The position numbers and the translations under genes were made by a program. The notes beneath the pieces are model-generated. The model saw only the letters and a program-made list of their open reading frames with translations, had not been told where the DNA came from and ran no database searches. Shown in pieces: positions 36,541-50,564 of a stretch of DNA of 64,000 nucleotides (position 1 is its first letter; each line of letters opens with the position of its first letter). Source of the stretch: an uncultured Actinomycetota bacterium (GTDB taxonomy: Bacteria > Actinomycetota > Nitriliruptoria > Nitriliruptorales > Nitriliruptoraceae); the NCBI GenBank assembly GCA_964451855.1, contig CAYVJT010000001.1, positions 19,796 through 83,795 of the forward strand, read 5' to 3'.

Positions 36541-37530
36541 ATGAGCACCCCCGTCCGTGTTGCCGTCACCGGAGCCGCTGGCCAGATCGGTTACGCGCTC
36601 GTCTTCCGGATCGCCTCGGGGCAGATGTTCGGTCCCGACACCCCGGTGCACCTGCAGATGCTGGAGATCACGCCGGCGCTCGGTGCGCTCGAGGGCGTGG
36701 CGATGGAGCTGGACGACGGTGCGTTCCCGCTCCTGGCCGGGATGACGCTGACCGATGACGCCGAGGAAGCGTTCGATGGCACCAACGTCGCGTGCCTGGT
36801 CGGCGCGAAGCCCCGCGGGCCGGGGATGGAACGCGCGGACCTGCTCAAGGACAACGGTGCCATCTTCACCGCGCAGGGGCGGGCGCTGGCGTCCGCGGGC
36901 GCGGACGACCTGAAGGTCGCCGTCGTCGGCAACCCGGCGAACACCAACGCCCTGATCGCGTCGGCCAACGCTGACGGCGTCCCGCAGGAGCGGTTCACCG
37001 CGATGGTGCGGCTCGACGAGAACCGGGCGAAGTCCCAGCTCGCGAAGAAGGCCGGTGTGTCCGTCGGTGAGGTGACCAACCTCGCAGTCTGGGGTAACCA
37101 CTCGCCGACCATGGTCCCGGACTTCGACAACGCGCGGATCGGCGGTCGGCCCGCGACCGAGGTCATCGCCGATCGTGCGTGGCTCGAGGGCGAGTTCCTC
37201 GCCACGGTGCAGCAGCGAGGTAAGGCGATCATCGATGCGCGTGGCGCGTCGTCGGCGGCGTCCGCAGCCAACGCCCTGGTCGACCACGTCGCCAACTGGT
37301 GCGGCGGTGCGCCGACGGCCGACGGCGACTGGGTGTCCATGGCCGTCCCCTCCGACGGCTCGTACGGCGTCCCGGAAGGGCTCATCTCGGGGTTCCCGGT
37401 GACCACCGACGGGTCGGGCGGCTACGAGATCGTCCAGGGGCTCGAGCTCTCGGGGTTCACGCAGAGCAAGCTCGATGCGACGGTCGCGGAGCTCCAGGAG
37501 GAGCGCGCCGCCGTGGCGGACATGCTCTGA
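36541..37530 (+). CDS. mdh: Malate dehydrogenase (LDH-like MDH clade)
   Basis: [28 protein letters not shown]; [10 protein letters not shown]; WGNHS.T. Confidence 0.95.
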   Translation: MSTPVRVAVTGAAGQIGYALVFRIASGQMFGPDTPVHLQMLEITPALGALEGVAMELDDGAFPLLAGMTLTDDAEEAFDGTNVACLVGAKPRGPGMERADLLKDNGAIFTAQGRALASAGADDLKVAVVGNPANTNALIASANADGVPQERFTAMVRLDENRAKSQLAKKAGVSVGEVTNLAVWGNHSPTMVPDFDNARIGGRPATEVIADRAWLEGEFLATVQQRGKAIIDARGASSAASAANALVDHVANWCGGAPTADGDWVSMAVPSDGSYGVPEGLISGFPVTTDGSGGYEIVQGLELSGFTQSKLDATVAELQEERAAVADML

Positions 37531-37660
37531 GTCCGAACCACCCCTGGGTCGCAACGACCCCTGGGTCCGGACGACCGCGACGTCGGTGCGGGGCGCGTCC
37601 CCCGGCGCCGCTAGCGTTGCTCGGACCAGCCACCAACCCGCGAGCGACAGGGCGATCAGC

Positions 37661-38662
37661 GTGACGCGTGTCTTCTCGGGCATCCAGCCCACCGGTGATC
37701 TGCACCTCGGCAACTACCTCGGCGCCCTGGTCAACTGGGTCGGGTTCCAGGACCGGGCGGACTGCGTGTACTGCGTGGTCGACCTGCACGCGATCACCTC
37801 ACCGGCCGAGCACGACCCCGCCACACTGCGGCAGCGCACCCTCGAGACGACGACCCTGCTGCTGGCGGTCGGCATCGACCCGACGCGATCGATCCTGTTC
37901 GTGCAGTCCCACCTGCACGAACACGCCGAGTGCACGTGGCTGTTCAACTGCGTCGCGGGGTTCGGGGAGCTGCGCAAGATGCCGCAGTTCAGGGAGAAGT
38001 CCGAAGGGCGAGGGGAGTCGGTCAGCGTCGGCCTGTTCGACTACCCGGTCCTGCAGGCGGCGGACATCCTGCTCTACCACACCAACGAGGTGCCGGTGGG
38101 TGAGGACCAGCGTCACCACATCGAGCTCGCGCGTGACATCGGCCAGCGGTTCAACCACCGCTTCGGCGACGAGGTGTTCACGTTGCCCGAGGCGATCCAT
38201 CCGCAGGCGGCGGCGCGGGTCATGGACCTGCAGGAGCCGACCAACAAGATGTCCAAGTCGACCTCCAGCGACAAGGGCATCGTCAACCTGCTCGACGATC
38301 CCAAGCGCATCGAGAAGAAGGTCAAGGCTGCGGTGACCGACTCCGCGACCGACATCCGCTACGACCGTGACGCCAAGCCCGGCGTGTCGAACCTGCTCGA
38401 GATCCTGTCCGCCGCGACCGGTCGGTCGATCGACGAGCTCGCCACCGAGCACGACGGCCAGGGCTACGGCGCGTTCAAGACCGCGGTGGCCGAGGCGGTG
38501 GTCGAGCTGTTGCGGCCCATCCAGGGCCGCTACACCGAGCTCGCCGCGGATCCCGCCGAGGTCGAACGCCTCCTGCGGGAGGGTGCCGACCGGGCCCGTG
38601 CGATCGCGGGGCCGACCCTGGAGCGGGCCAAGACCGCCGTCGGGCTGCTGCCACCGACGTGA
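37661..38662 (+). CDS. trpS: Tryptophan--tRNA ligase
   Basis: VFSGIQPTGDLHLGNYLGA (HIGH-type motif), VGEDQ.QH.EL.R and KMSKS. Confidence 0.93.
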   Translation: MTRVFSGIQPTGDLHLGNYLGALVNWVGFQDRADCVYCVVDLHAITSPAEHDPATLRQRTLETTTLLLAVGIDPTRSILFVQSHLHEHAECTWLFNCVAGFGELRKMPQFREKSEGRGESVSVGLFDYPVLQAADILLYHTNEVPVGEDQRHHIELARDIGQRFNHRFGDEVFTLPEAIHPQAAARVMDLQEPTNKMSKSTSSDKGIVNLLDDPKRIEKKVKAAVTDSATDIRYDRDAKPGVSNLLEILSAATGRSIDELATEHDGQGYGAFKTAVAEAVVELLRPIQGRYTELAADPAEVERLLREGADRARAIAGPTLERAKTAVGLLPPT

Positions 38663-39402
38663 GCGCGCCGGTCCGCCTGCAGTCGCACGTCTGGAACCCG
38701 GGCGGCGAGCGACGCGCGCTGCTGCTCCACGGGCTCACCTCCGATGGTGGGACCTGGTGGCGCATCGCGAGCGAGCTGGCCGACGACGGCTTCATGGTGG
38801 TCGCCCCGGACCTGCGCAGCCACGGCCGCAGTCCCACCGCCGTCGACCACCGCATCGCGACCCTCGCCGCGGACGTGGCAGCGCTGGGTGAGGGCTGGGA
38901 CCTCCTGGTGGGGCATTCGTTGGGAGGGTCGGTCGCCGCTGTGCTGGCAGGTCAGCAGCACGTGCGGGGCACCGTGCTGCTGGACCCGGTGCTCGTGCTG
39001 CCCGACGCGCAGCGTGAGGAGCTGCTCCACGACATCCTCTCGGAGCTCGACGCCGACGCCGCACGTATCCGAGCTGCCAACCCCAGCTGGTCCGAGCGCG
39101 ACGTGCAGCGTAAGGCGCTGGCGCTGTCGGTGATGACCCCCGACGTGGTCGAGGCCGTGTTCGACCACAACGATCCGTGGGACGTGCGTTGGGCCGTGCC
39201 GCGGTGGTCGGGGCGGGTGCACCTGCTCGCTGCCGACCCGGACCACGGCGCGCTGCTGACCGCCGCAACGGTCGACGAGGTGGTGCGGGCCGCCGGCGAG
39301 CGCGTCAGCGCCACCGTGGTCGATGGGGTCGGCCACTCGATCCAACGTGAGCGACCGGACGCGGTGATGGACGCGGTCCGCCTGGTCTCCGAGCCGACGT
39401 AG
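38659..39402 (+). CDS. Alpha/beta-fold hydrolase
   Basis: LLLHGLTSDGGTWW..APDLRSHG.S; nucleophile elbow GHSLGG; C-terminal VGHSI. GTGA overlap with trpS. Confidence 0.8.
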   Translation: MSAPVRLQSHVWNPGGERRALLLHGLTSDGGTWWRIASELADDGFMVVAPDLRSHGRSPTAVDHRIATLAADVAALGEGWDLLVGHSLGGSVAAVLAGQQHVRGTVLLDPVLVLPDAQREELLHDILSELDADAARIRAANPSWSERDVQRKALALSVMTPDVVEAVFDHNDPWDVRWAVPRWSGRVHLLAADPDHGALLTAATVDEVVRAAGERVSATVVDGVGHSIQRERPDAVMDAVRLVSEPT

Positions 39403-39444
39403 CGGCTCCCAGGCACCGACGCGGGCGAACCCCGCACGGAACGG

Positions 39445-40707
39445 TCAGAGGTAGCCGCGGAGCGTCGCTGCCTCGACGACCCGCTGCACGGCCAGGGCGA
39501 AGGCCGCCTCACGGAAGCTCATGTGCTCGGAGTCGTGGGAGTGCTGGAAGTCCCGACACTCCCGGTACGCGCGTTGGAGCTTGAGCTCGAGCCGTCGGTT
39601 GACGTCCTCGTGCTCCCAGCGGATCTCCTGGTTGTTCTGCACCCACTCGAAGTAGCTGACCGTGACCCCACCCGCGTTCGCCAGGATGTCGGGGACGATC
39701 AGCACGCCACGGTCCGCGAGGGCGTAGTCCGCGATCGGGGTGACCGGGTGGTTGGCGCCCTCGACGATCATCCTCGCCTGGATGCGATCGCAGTTGTCGT
39801 GGGTGATGACCTCGCCCAGCGCGGCCGGGATCAGCACGTCGACGTCGAGCTCGAGGATCTCGTCGCCGCCGATGGGTTCGCTTCCCGGCAGGTCGACCAC
39901 GGAACCGGTCTCCGCGACGTGGGTGATCAGCTCGTCGACCTTCAACCCGTCGCCGGCGAAGATCGCCCCCTCGATGTCGGAGACGGCGACGACGCGGTAG
40001 CCGCGGTCGGCTGCGATGTGGGCCGCCCAGGATCCCACGTTGCCGAAGCCCTGGATCGCGACGGACACCTCGGAGGGATCGCCGAACCCGAGCTCCTTGG
40101 CCGCCTCCTCCATCGTGACGACCACACCACGTCCGGTCGCTTCCTCGCGGCCGAACGAGCCGCCGAGCTGCACGGGCTTGCCGGTCACGATCTGGGTGGT
40201 GTGGCCCTGCTTGCGGCCGTACTGATCCATGAACCAGCTCATCACCTGCGCGTTGGTCCCCATGTCGGGTGCAGGGATGTCCCGTGTCGGACCGATGATG
40301 TGGCTGATCTGGTCCGCGTAGCGGCGCGTGACCTGTTCGGTCTCGCCCTTGCTCAGGCTGCGTGCATCCACCTGGACCCCGCCCTTCGCGCCGCCGAAGG
40401 GCACATCCACCAACGCCGTCTTCCAGGTCATCAGCGAGGCCAGCGCGCGGACCTCCTCGATGTCGGCGTCCGGGTGGTACCGGACGCCACCCTTGTACGG
40501 GCCACGGGCGGCGTTGTGCTGGACGCGGTAGCCGTAGACGATGTTCATCTCGCCGTCGTCGCTGCGGTAGGGCACCTGCACCCGGAGCTCCCGGAAGGTC
40601 CCAGACAGCATCTCGATCGCGCTGCCGTGGAGCTTCTCGTGCTCCGCAGCCCGCTGGAAGAAGTAGTTGACGGACTCGAACGGGGTCATGCCTTCCGACA
40701 GTTGCAT
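39445..40707 (-). CDS. gdhA: Glu/Leu/Phe/Val-family dehydrogenase, most likely glutamate dehydrogenase
   Basis: GPYKGGVRYHP..LMTWK.AL...PFGGAKGG; Rossmann motif IQGFGNVG. Confidence 0.93.
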   Translation of the reverse strand: MQLSEGMTPFESVNYFFQRAAEHEKLHGSAIEMLSGTFRELRVQVPYRSDDGEMNIVYGYRVQHNAARGPYKGGVRYHPDADIEEVRALASLMTWKTALVDVPFGGAKGGVQVDARSLSKGETEQVTRRYADQISHIIGPTRDIPAPDMGTNAQVMSWFMDQYGRKQGHTTQIVTGKPVQLGGSFGREEATGRGVVVTMEEAAKELGFGDPSEVSVAIQGFGNVGSWAAHIAADRGYRVVAVSDIEGAIFAGDGLKVDELITHVAETGSVVDLPGSEPIGGDEILELDVDVLIPAALGEVITHDNCDRIQARMIVEGANHPVTPIADYALADRGVLIVPDILANAGGVTVSYFEWVQNNQEIRWEHEDVNRRLELKLQRAYRECRDFQHSHDSEHMSFREAAFALAVQRVVEAATLRGYL

Positions 40708-40861
40708 GGTGGCTCCCTCTCCCTCGTCCCCGGTGGCTCACCGCACGATGCAAGCAGCAACCGGCTGCGACGTCGAGGAGGGGCTCGACGGAGGGTCGCC
40801 GAAGGCCCGGTGCTACGCTCAGGGCGACCCCCGGCCATCACCTGGCAGGAGCACTCCCGGC

Positions 40862-41590
40862 ATGGCGACCAAGGTCTCCCACGACGACGCGGCCACGAGC
40901 AAGCGACGGACGCCGTTCCTCGTCGAGTTGTACCGATCGGCCCTGGGCAAGAAGTACCTCATGGCGATCACCGGCGTGATCTTCATGGGGTACGTGCTCG
41001 CCCACATGCTGGGCAACCTCAAGCTGTACCAGGGAGCCGAGGAGTTCAACGCCTACGCGGACTTCCTGCGCCGGCTGCTGTACCCGATCATGCCGGAGGT
41101 CGCGACGCTGAACCTGATGCGTGCGGTGCTGGTGCTCGCGCTCGTCATCCACGTGGTCGCGGCGGTACAGCTCACCCAGATGAACCGCCGGGCCCGCCCC
41201 GAGTCCTACCGCTCCAAGCGGGACTTCATCGCCGCGGACTTCGCCGCCCGCACGATGCGGTGGACGGGGGTGATCGTGTTCCTGTTCGTCGCGTACCACC
41301 TCGCCGACCTGACCTGGGGCTGGGTCAACCCCGCGCCCGAGGGCGCGTCGATCTACGACAAGGTCGTCGCGAGCTTCTCGGTGCCTGTGGTGTCCGCGTT
41401 CTACCTGGTGGCGAACCTGGCGTTGGGGGTCCACCTCTACCACGGGGTCTGGAGCCTGTTCCAGTCGCTCGGGTGGAACAACCGCCGCTTCAACCACTGG
41501 CGCCGTGGCCTCGCGATCGGGTTCACGGTCGTGGTGGTCGGCGGCAACCTCTCCTTCCCGATCGCGGTCCTGACCGGGGTGATCTCCTGA
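40862..41590 (+). CDS. sdhC: Succinate dehydrogenase cytochrome b subunit (single large b558-type anchor)
   Basis: About 242-aa five-helix membrane protein with conserved His residues (YVLAHMLGNL, VIHVV, HLADLTWG, GVHLYHG). It lies directly upstream of sdhA. Confidence 0.85.
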   Translation: MATKVSHDDAATSKRRTPFLVELYRSALGKKYLMAITGVIFMGYVLAHMLGNLKLYQGAEEFNAYADFLRRLLYPIMPEVATLNLMRAVLVLALVIHVVAAVQLTQMNRRARPESYRSKRDFIAADFAARTMRWTGVIVFLFVAYHLADLTWGWVNPAPEGASIYDKVVASFSVPVVSAFYLVANLALGVHLYHGVWSLFQSLGWNNRRFNHWRRGLAIGFTVVVVGGNLSFPIAVLTGVIS

Positions 41591-41647
41591 CCGACCGCGC
41601 CCGGCGACGCCCGCGCCCGCTGCACCACCGACAGGGAGCACGCACCC

Positions 41648-43557
<1,910 letters not shown>

Positions 43558-43561
<4 letters not shown>

Positions 43562-44310
43562 ACCTGACCCTGCGTGTGTGGCGACAGGCCGGCCCCGATG
43601 CGCCCGGCCGCTTCGAGACCTACGAGGCGACCGACATCTCCGAGGACTCGTCGTTCCTCGAGATGCTCGACCTCGTGAACGAGGAGCTCATCGCCGAGGG
43701 TGAGGAGCCCATCGAGTTCATGCACGACTGCCGCGAAGGCATCTGCGGGACCTGCGGCATGATGATCAACGGTCGGGCCCACGGTCCGCAGGCGATGACG
43801 GCGACCTGCCAGCTGCACATGCGCAGCTTCGAGGACGGCGACGAGCTGGTCCTCGAGCCGTGGCGCGCGGCGGGGTTCCCGATCATCAAGGACCTGGTCG
43901 TCGACCGCTCCGCCTTCGATCGGATCATCGAAGCGGGTGGCTACATCTCGGTGGACACCGGCTCTGGGCCGGACGCGAACCTCATCCCGGTCAACAAGGA
44001 CGACGCGGACCTGGCGATGGACGCTGCCGCGTGCATCGGCTGTGGTGCGTGCGTCGCGGCCTGTCCGAACGGTGCCGGGCAGCTGTTCACCGCCGCCAAG
44101 GTCTCCCACCTGAACCTGCTGCCGCAGGGACAGCCCGAACGGGACGATCGGACCACCAGCATGGTCGAGGTGATGGAGGAGCACTTCGGGTCCTGCACCA
44201 ACATGGGGGAGTGCGAGGCGGCCTGCCCGAAGGGCATCTCGATCGACTTCATCGCGATGATGAACCGCGACTACCGCAAGGCGATGTTCCGCAACCGCCG
44301 CACCGCCTGA
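43558..44310 (+). CDS. sdhB: Succinate dehydrogenase iron-sulfur subunit
   Basis: [15 protein letters not shown]; [13 protein letters not shown]; C....[15 protein letters not shown] overlap with sdhA. Confidence 0.93.
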
Positions 44311-44342
44311 CGCGTTCCTGCTGGGCGGGGAGGAGCGGCCAA

Positions 44343-44357
44343 GTGCCACCGTGGCAC
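44343..44357. promoter_or_regulatory. Perfect 15-bp palindrome GTGCCAC-C-GTGGCAC between sdhB and the mutase gene (operator or short hairpin)
   Basis: Read directly. It lies 33 nt after the sdhB stop and 47 nt before ATG 44404. Confidence 0.3.
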
Positions 44358-44403
44358 CCCGCCGCCGTAGCCTGTGGCTGTCGATCGACCTCGAGGCGGC
44401 GCG

Positions 44404-45993
<1,590 letters not shown>

Positions 45994-46022
45994 GCGCTCG
46001 AGTTACCTCCTGGCGCGAGCTC

Positions 46023-46856
46023 CTAGTAGCGGGAGGGCACGAAGGTCTGCTCCTCCATCGGCGGGCGGACGTACCCGCGGCGCTCCTCCGGGCGAGGCGG
46101 CAGCTCGATCGGGTCGGGGGAGTGGTCCTCGTACGGGATCGTGTCGAGGAGGTGTGCGATGCAGTTGAGCCGTGCGTGTCGCTTGACGTCGGCGTCGACC
46201 ACCCACCAGGGCGCCTGCTTGATGTCGGTGTGGGCGAACATGTCGTCCTTGGCGCGGGAGTACTCCTGCCACAGCTCGCGTGACCGCAGGTCCATGGGCG
46301 AGAGCTTCCACCGCTTCGTGGGATCCTCGTTGCGCGCCCGGAAGCGGCGTTCCTGCTCCTCGTCGCTGATCGAGAACCAGTACTTGATGAGCCGGATCCC
46401 GGACCGCACCAGCATCCGCTCGAACTCCGGGCAGGTGCGGAGGAACTCACGGACCTGCTCCTCGTCGGCGAAGCCCATGACCCGTTCGACACCGGCGCGG
46501 TTGTACCAGGACCGGTCGAACAGCACGACCTCGCCGGCGGCGGGCAGTTCGCTGACGTAGCGCTGGAAGTACCACTGGGTGCGCTCGCGGTCCGAAGGGG
46601 TCCCGAGCGCGACGGTGCGTACGATCCGCGGGTTGGTGTGCTCGGAGATGCGCTTGATCACCCCGCCCTTGCCGGCGGCGTCGCGGCCCTCGAAGATGAC
46701 GACGATCCGCTCGTCCTCATCCCGCACCCAGTGCTGGAGCTTGATGAGCTCCACCTGGAGGCGGCGGAGCTCCCGCTCGTAGACCTTCCTCCTGAGGACG
46801 CCACGGTCGTTGTAGGCGTCGGGCTCGAACCGGCGGTGCTCGGGTGGTGCGCTCAT
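46023..46856 (-). CDS. ppk2: Polyphosphate kinase 2
   Basis: VVIFEGRDAAGKGG.IKR; WYFQRY...LP..GE.VLFDRSWYNRAGVE.VMGF; APWWVV.ADVK..ARLN. Confidence 0.92.
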   Translation of the reverse strand: MSAPPEHRRFEPDAYNDRGVLRRKVYERELRRLQVELIKLQHWVRDEDERIVVIFEGRDAAGKGGVIKRISEHTNPRIVRTVALGTPSDRERTQWYFQRYVSELPAAGEVVLFDRSWYNRAGVERVMGFADEEQVREFLRTCPEFERMLVRSGIRLIKYWFSISDEEQERRFRARNEDPTKRWKLSPMDLRSRELWQEYSRAKDDMFAHTDIKQAPWWVVDADVKRHARLNCIAHLLDTIPYEDHSPDPIELPPRPEERRGYVRPPMEEQTFVPSRY

Positions 46857-47130
46857 GGGGTTCTCGATGGTCGTCGACGGGGGATCGGGGTCCGGCGGAT
46901 CGGGTGTCGCGGTGGGGCTCGTCGGGGTCGACAAGCTCCGGGGGGCTCGGCGGTGGCGTTCAGCCTCGCCGTCGGGGAGGAGAGCGTCAACGGGTCTTCC
47001 TGTGCGGCGGGCCGAGGCGCGCAACGGCTCCCCGACCCGTCCGGCGTCCTCCAGGTCGGCCGCAGCGGCCGGCTGGCGGCTCCGGGTACGGTTGCCTCCC
47101 GTCCGGTGCCGCCCAGCACGAGGGGATCCT

Positions 47131-48537
47131 GTGAGCCAGCGCATCGTGATCCTGGGCGGTGGTCCAGCCGGCTACGAAGCTGCGTTGGTCGCGGGCGAGC
47201 TCGGTGCGGACGTCACCGTCGTTGCGGACGAGGGCCTCGGTGGCAACTGCGTCCTCTGGGACTGCGTCCCGTCGAAGGCGCTGATCGTGGCCGCCGAGGC
47301 GATGGGATGGGTCCACAACGCCGAGTCGCTGGGCGTGCGCTTCGGCCGCGAGTTGGATCGAGACCTGGTCAGCGTCGACTACGCCAGGGTGGGAGCCAAC
47401 GTCCTCGATCTCGGCGCGTCCCAGTCGCAGGACATCGAGCGTCGGGTGGGTGCTTCCGGGGTGTCACTGGTGCGGGGCCACGGTCGCATCACCGGCACCC
47501 ACCAGGTGACCGTGGATCTGCCGGCGGGCGAGGAGCGCGTCCTGGATGCCGACTACGTGCTGATCGCGACGGGATCGACCGCACGCGTGCTGCCCTTCTT
47601 CGAACCCGACGGTGAGCGGGTGCTGACCGGCCAGCAGGTCTACGGCCTGCGCGAGGTGCCGGACCACCTCATCGTCGTCGGCTCGGGGGCGACCGGTGCG
47701 GAGTTCGCGCACGCGTTCCTTCGCTTCGGCGCCGAGGTCACCCTGGTGTCCTCCCGCGACCTGATCATGCCGACCGAGGATCCGGACGCGGCCGCGGTCG
47801 TCGAGTCGGTCTTCGAGCGCCGTGGCATGCGGATCCTGCGCAACTCCCGGGCGGTGTCCTGCGAGCGCCGCGGCGACGAGGTGGTGGTCGGGCTCAAGGA
47901 TGGCAGCGAGGTGGTCGGTAGCCATGCGCTGTTCACCGTCGGGCAGGTCCCGACGAGCAGCGACCTGGGACTGGACACGATCGGGGTCGACGTCAACGCT
48001 TGGGGCGGGATCGACGTGGACTCGGTCGGGCGTACCGCCTGTCGGTGGGTCTACGCGGCAGGGGACGTCACCGGGGGGATCATGCTGGCGTCGGTGGCGG
48101 CGATGCAGGGCCGCACCGCGATGTGGCACGCGCTCGGACAGGCGGTCCAGCCGATCCGCTGGGACGCCGTGGCGTCGACCATCTTCACCGACCCGGAGCT
48201 CGCGACGGTCGGTCTGTCGCCGACGGAAGCCGAGGAGGCGGGGTTCCCCGTCGAGACCGCGCGGCTGGACTTCCGCGGCAACCCCCGTGCGAAGATGTCC
48301 CACGGGCTCGACGGGTTCGTCAAGGTCCACGCGATGGTCGGGTCCGGCACCGTCGTCGGGGGCGTCGTGGTGTCGAAGCGGGCGAGCGACCTCATCCAGC
48401 CCCTGGCGGTCGCGGTGCAGAACCGGCTGAGCGTCGCCCAGGTGGCGCAGACGATCACCGTCTACCCGTCGATGGCGGGCTCGGTTGCCGAGTGCGCGCG
48501 CATGCTGATGTCCCGGCTGGACCCGTCCCGGCACTGA
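47131..48537 (+). CDS. Pyridine nucleotide-disulfide oxidoreductase, LpdA-like NAD(P)H dehydrogenase
   Basis: IVILGGGPAGYEAA; the redox-centre position reads GGNCVLWDCVPSK; second Rossmann motif VVGSGATGAEFA; C-terminal dimerisation domain. Confidence 0.88.
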   Translation: MSQRIVILGGGPAGYEAALVAGELGADVTVVADEGLGGNCVLWDCVPSKALIVAAEAMGWVHNAESLGVRFGRELDRDLVSVDYARVGANVLDLGASQSQDIERRVGASGVSLVRGHGRITGTHQVTVDLPAGEERVLDADYVLIATGSTARVLPFFEPDGERVLTGQQVYGLREVPDHLIVVGSGATGAEFAHAFLRFGAEVTLVSSRDLIMPTEDPDAAAVVESVFERRGMRILRNSRAVSCERRGDEVVVGLKDGSEVVGSHALFTVGQVPTSSDLGLDTIGVDVNAWGGIDVDSVGRTACRWVYAAGDVTGGIMLASVAAMQGRTAMWHALGQAVQPIRWDAVASTIFTDPELATVGLSPTEAEEAGFPVETARLDFRGNPRAKMSHGLDGFVKVHAMVGSGTVVGGVVVSKRASDLIQPLAVAVQNRLSVAQVAQTITVYPSMAGSVAECARMLMSRLDPSRH

Positions 48538-48556
48538 GCGCCGGCGCCCCGGTCGT

Positions 48557-50335
48557 CTATCGGTCCTGCGGGTCGTCGATCCGAGCGAGGACCGCACCGG
48601 AGGAGACCGTCTCGCCTGGCCTGAAACCGAGCACCGTCACGACCCCGCCGCGGTGCGCGGTGATCGTGTTCTCCATCTTCATCGCCTCGAGGACGACCAC
48701 GAGGTCGCCCGCAGCGACCGTGTCGCCCTCCTCCACCGCGTACTTCACGACCGTGCCCTGCATCGGCGCGACGAGGTCCTCCGTCGCTGCGGTCGCGACG
48801 GAGGATCCGCTGCCGCCGCCCTTGCGCCGACGGACCGGTGCGTCACCGGAACCGCCACCACCGAGCGCGCCGAAGACGCGCACCTCGAGCCGTCGACCAC
48901 CCACCTCGACGGTCACGTCCTGGCTCGGGGTGTCCTCGTCGTCCGCTGGCGTGGCCGGGCCCTGTGGCGCCAGCTCCGAGAGGTCCCACTCCGTCTCGAC
49001 CGAGATGGTGGCGTGCTCGCCTGCGGCGAAGTTGGGGTGCTGCATCGCCAGGCGGTGGAAGGGCACCGTCGTCGGGACGCCGGTGAGCACCAACTCGTCG
49101 AGGGCGCGGCGCATCCGCGCGCGAGCACCGTCGCGGTCGCTCGCCCACACGATCAGCTTCGCGATCATCGAGTCGTACTCGCGCGGGATCTCGTACCCGG
49201 ACTCGGCGCCGGTGTCGAACCGCACCCACGGCCCGAGGGGTGGACGCAGGTCGTCGATCCGGCCGGCGGCGGGCAGGAACCCGGCGGCGGGGTCCTCGGC
49301 GTTGACCCGGACCTCGATCGCGTGGCCCGAGAGCCGGACGTCGTCCTGGGCCAGGCCCATCCCGTCGCCTGCGGCGATGCGCAGCTGCGCCTGGGCGAGG
49401 TCGACGCCGGTGACCAGCTCGGTGACCGGATGCTCCACCTGCAGCCGCGTGTTCATCTCGAGGAAGTAGAAGGTGGGGTTCGCCGGGTCGGTGTGTGCGT
49501 CGAGGAGGAACTCGCAGGTCCCTGCGCTGGTGTAGCCCATCTCCACCGCGACATCGATCGCGGCCTTGCCCATGGCATCGCGCAGTTCGGGGGTCAGGCC
49601 GGGAGCGGGTGCCTCCTCGACCAGCTTCTGGTGCCGGCGCTGCAGCGAGCAGTCCCGTTCGCCGAGGTGGATCACGGTGCCGTCGAGGTCGCCGAGCACC
49701 TGGATCTCGACGTGGCGGGGTCGTTCGAGGTAGCGCTCGAGGTAGCACTCGGCGCGTCCGAACGCCGCCTGGGCCTCCCGCTCGGCTGCGCCCAGCGCCT
49801 CGCGCATCTCGTCGGCGCCGCGCACGACCTTCATCCCGCGGCCACCGCCGCCGAACATCGCCTTGACCGCGACCGGGTAGCCGTGCTCCTCGCCGAAGGC
49901 GAGCGCCTCGTCGGGATCGCTGGTCGGTTCCTGGGTCCCCGGGACGACGGGGACGCCGGCGGCGAGCGCCACCGCGCGGGCGGAGAGCTTGTCACCCATC
50001 CGCTCGATCGCGTCGGCCGGCGGGCCGACGAAGACGAGCCCGGCATCGGTGACGGCCCGGGCGAAGTCCGCGTTCTCGGACAGGAACCCGTACCCGGGGT
50101 GGATCGCGTCGACCCCGGCCTCCGTGGCTACCTCGATGATCCGACCGATGTCGAGGTAGGACGCGCTCGGCGCCGCGGGGCCGAGCAGGTAGGCCTCGTC
50201 GGCCAACCGCACGTGGGGTGCGTCACGGTCCACCTCGCTGTAGACCGCGACCGCGCGGACGCCGAGCTCGTGACAGGCGCGGATCACGCGCACGGCGATC
50301 TCGCCGCGGTTGGCGACCAGGACGGCATCGAACAT
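48557..50335 (-). CDS. accA: Acetyl/propionyl-CoA carboxylase alpha subunit (biotin carboxylase + BCCP)
   Basis: VLVANRGEIAVRVIRA; the ATP-grasp domain; the biotinyl-Lys motif LEAMKMEN near the C-terminus. Confidence 0.94.
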   Translation of the reverse strand: MFDAVLVANRGEIAVRVIRACHELGVRAVAVYSEVDRDAPHVRLADEAYLLGPAAPSASYLDIGRIIEVATEAGVDAIHPGYGFLSENADFARAVTDAGLVFVGPPADAIERMGDKLSARAVALAAGVPVVPGTQEPTSDPDEALAFGEEHGYPVAVKAMFGGGGRGMKVVRGADEMREALGAAEREAQAAFGRAECYLERYLERPRHVEIQVLGDLDGTVIHLGERDCSLQRRHQKLVEEAPAPGLTPELRDAMGKAAIDVAVEMGYTSAGTCEFLLDAHTDPANPTFYFLEMNTRLQVEHPVTELVTGVDLAQAQLRIAAGDGMGLAQDDVRLSGHAIEVRVNAEDPAAGFLPAAGRIDDLRPPLGPWVRFDTGAESGYEIPREYDSMIAKLIVWASDRDGARARMRRALDELVLTGVPTTVPFHRLAMQHPNFAAGEHATISVETEWDLSELAPQGPATPADDEDTPSQDVTVEVGGRRLEVRVFGALGGGGSGDAPVRRRKGGGSGSSVATAATEDLVAPMQGTVVKYAVEEGDTVAAGDLVVVLEAMKMENTITAHRGGVVTVLGFRPGETVSSGAVLARIDDPQDR

Positions 50336-50454
50336 CAGGACGGCCTCGGGTCCGGGAGCGGGAGCACGGAGCTAGCCATCGCTGCAGCCTAGTGAGCGCC
50401 TGCGCGGACGACGGGGTCGTAGCCGCCCCTGCGGTCCGGATGGGCTGGCTTCCC

Positions 50455-50487
50455 CGTCGCGAAGGGCGAACGGTACGCTTCGCGACG
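50455..50487. promoter_or_regulatory. Perfect 10-bp inverted repeat CGTCGCGAAG-N13-CTTCGCGACG
   Basis: Read directly. It lies 78 nt upstream of the cupredoxin gene start, in the accA/cupredoxin divergent region. Confidence 0.35.
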
Positions 50488-50564
50488 TGCTCCGGGTGGT
50501 GGCGTCACGTCCCCCGGCTCGACACACGATCCCGACCTGTTCCGACCCGTCCAGGAGTCCCGCC

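Noticed and set aside
37531-37660. Considered a T-box or Trp-responsive leader upstream of trpS.
   Set aside because: The spacer is only 130 nt and has no T-box sequence (AGGGUGGNACCGCG-like). Only a short hairpin is present (GGGTCG-CAA-CGACCC), and it is more likely the mdh terminator.
44311-44403. Considered a cobalamin riboswitch upstream of the B12-dependent mutase gene.
   Set aside because: The spacer is 93 nt, too short for the ~200-nt element, and no B12-box (GCCACUG-type) is visible.
46857-47130. A G-run-rich tract (GGGGGATCGGGGTCC..GGG..GGTGGGG..GGGG) in the ppk2/lpdA-like divergent region, considered as a potential G-quadruplex.
   Set aside because: Loops of 9-11 nt exceed the canonical limit, and such G-runs are expected by chance at this GC content. 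Nothing locus-specific supports a function.
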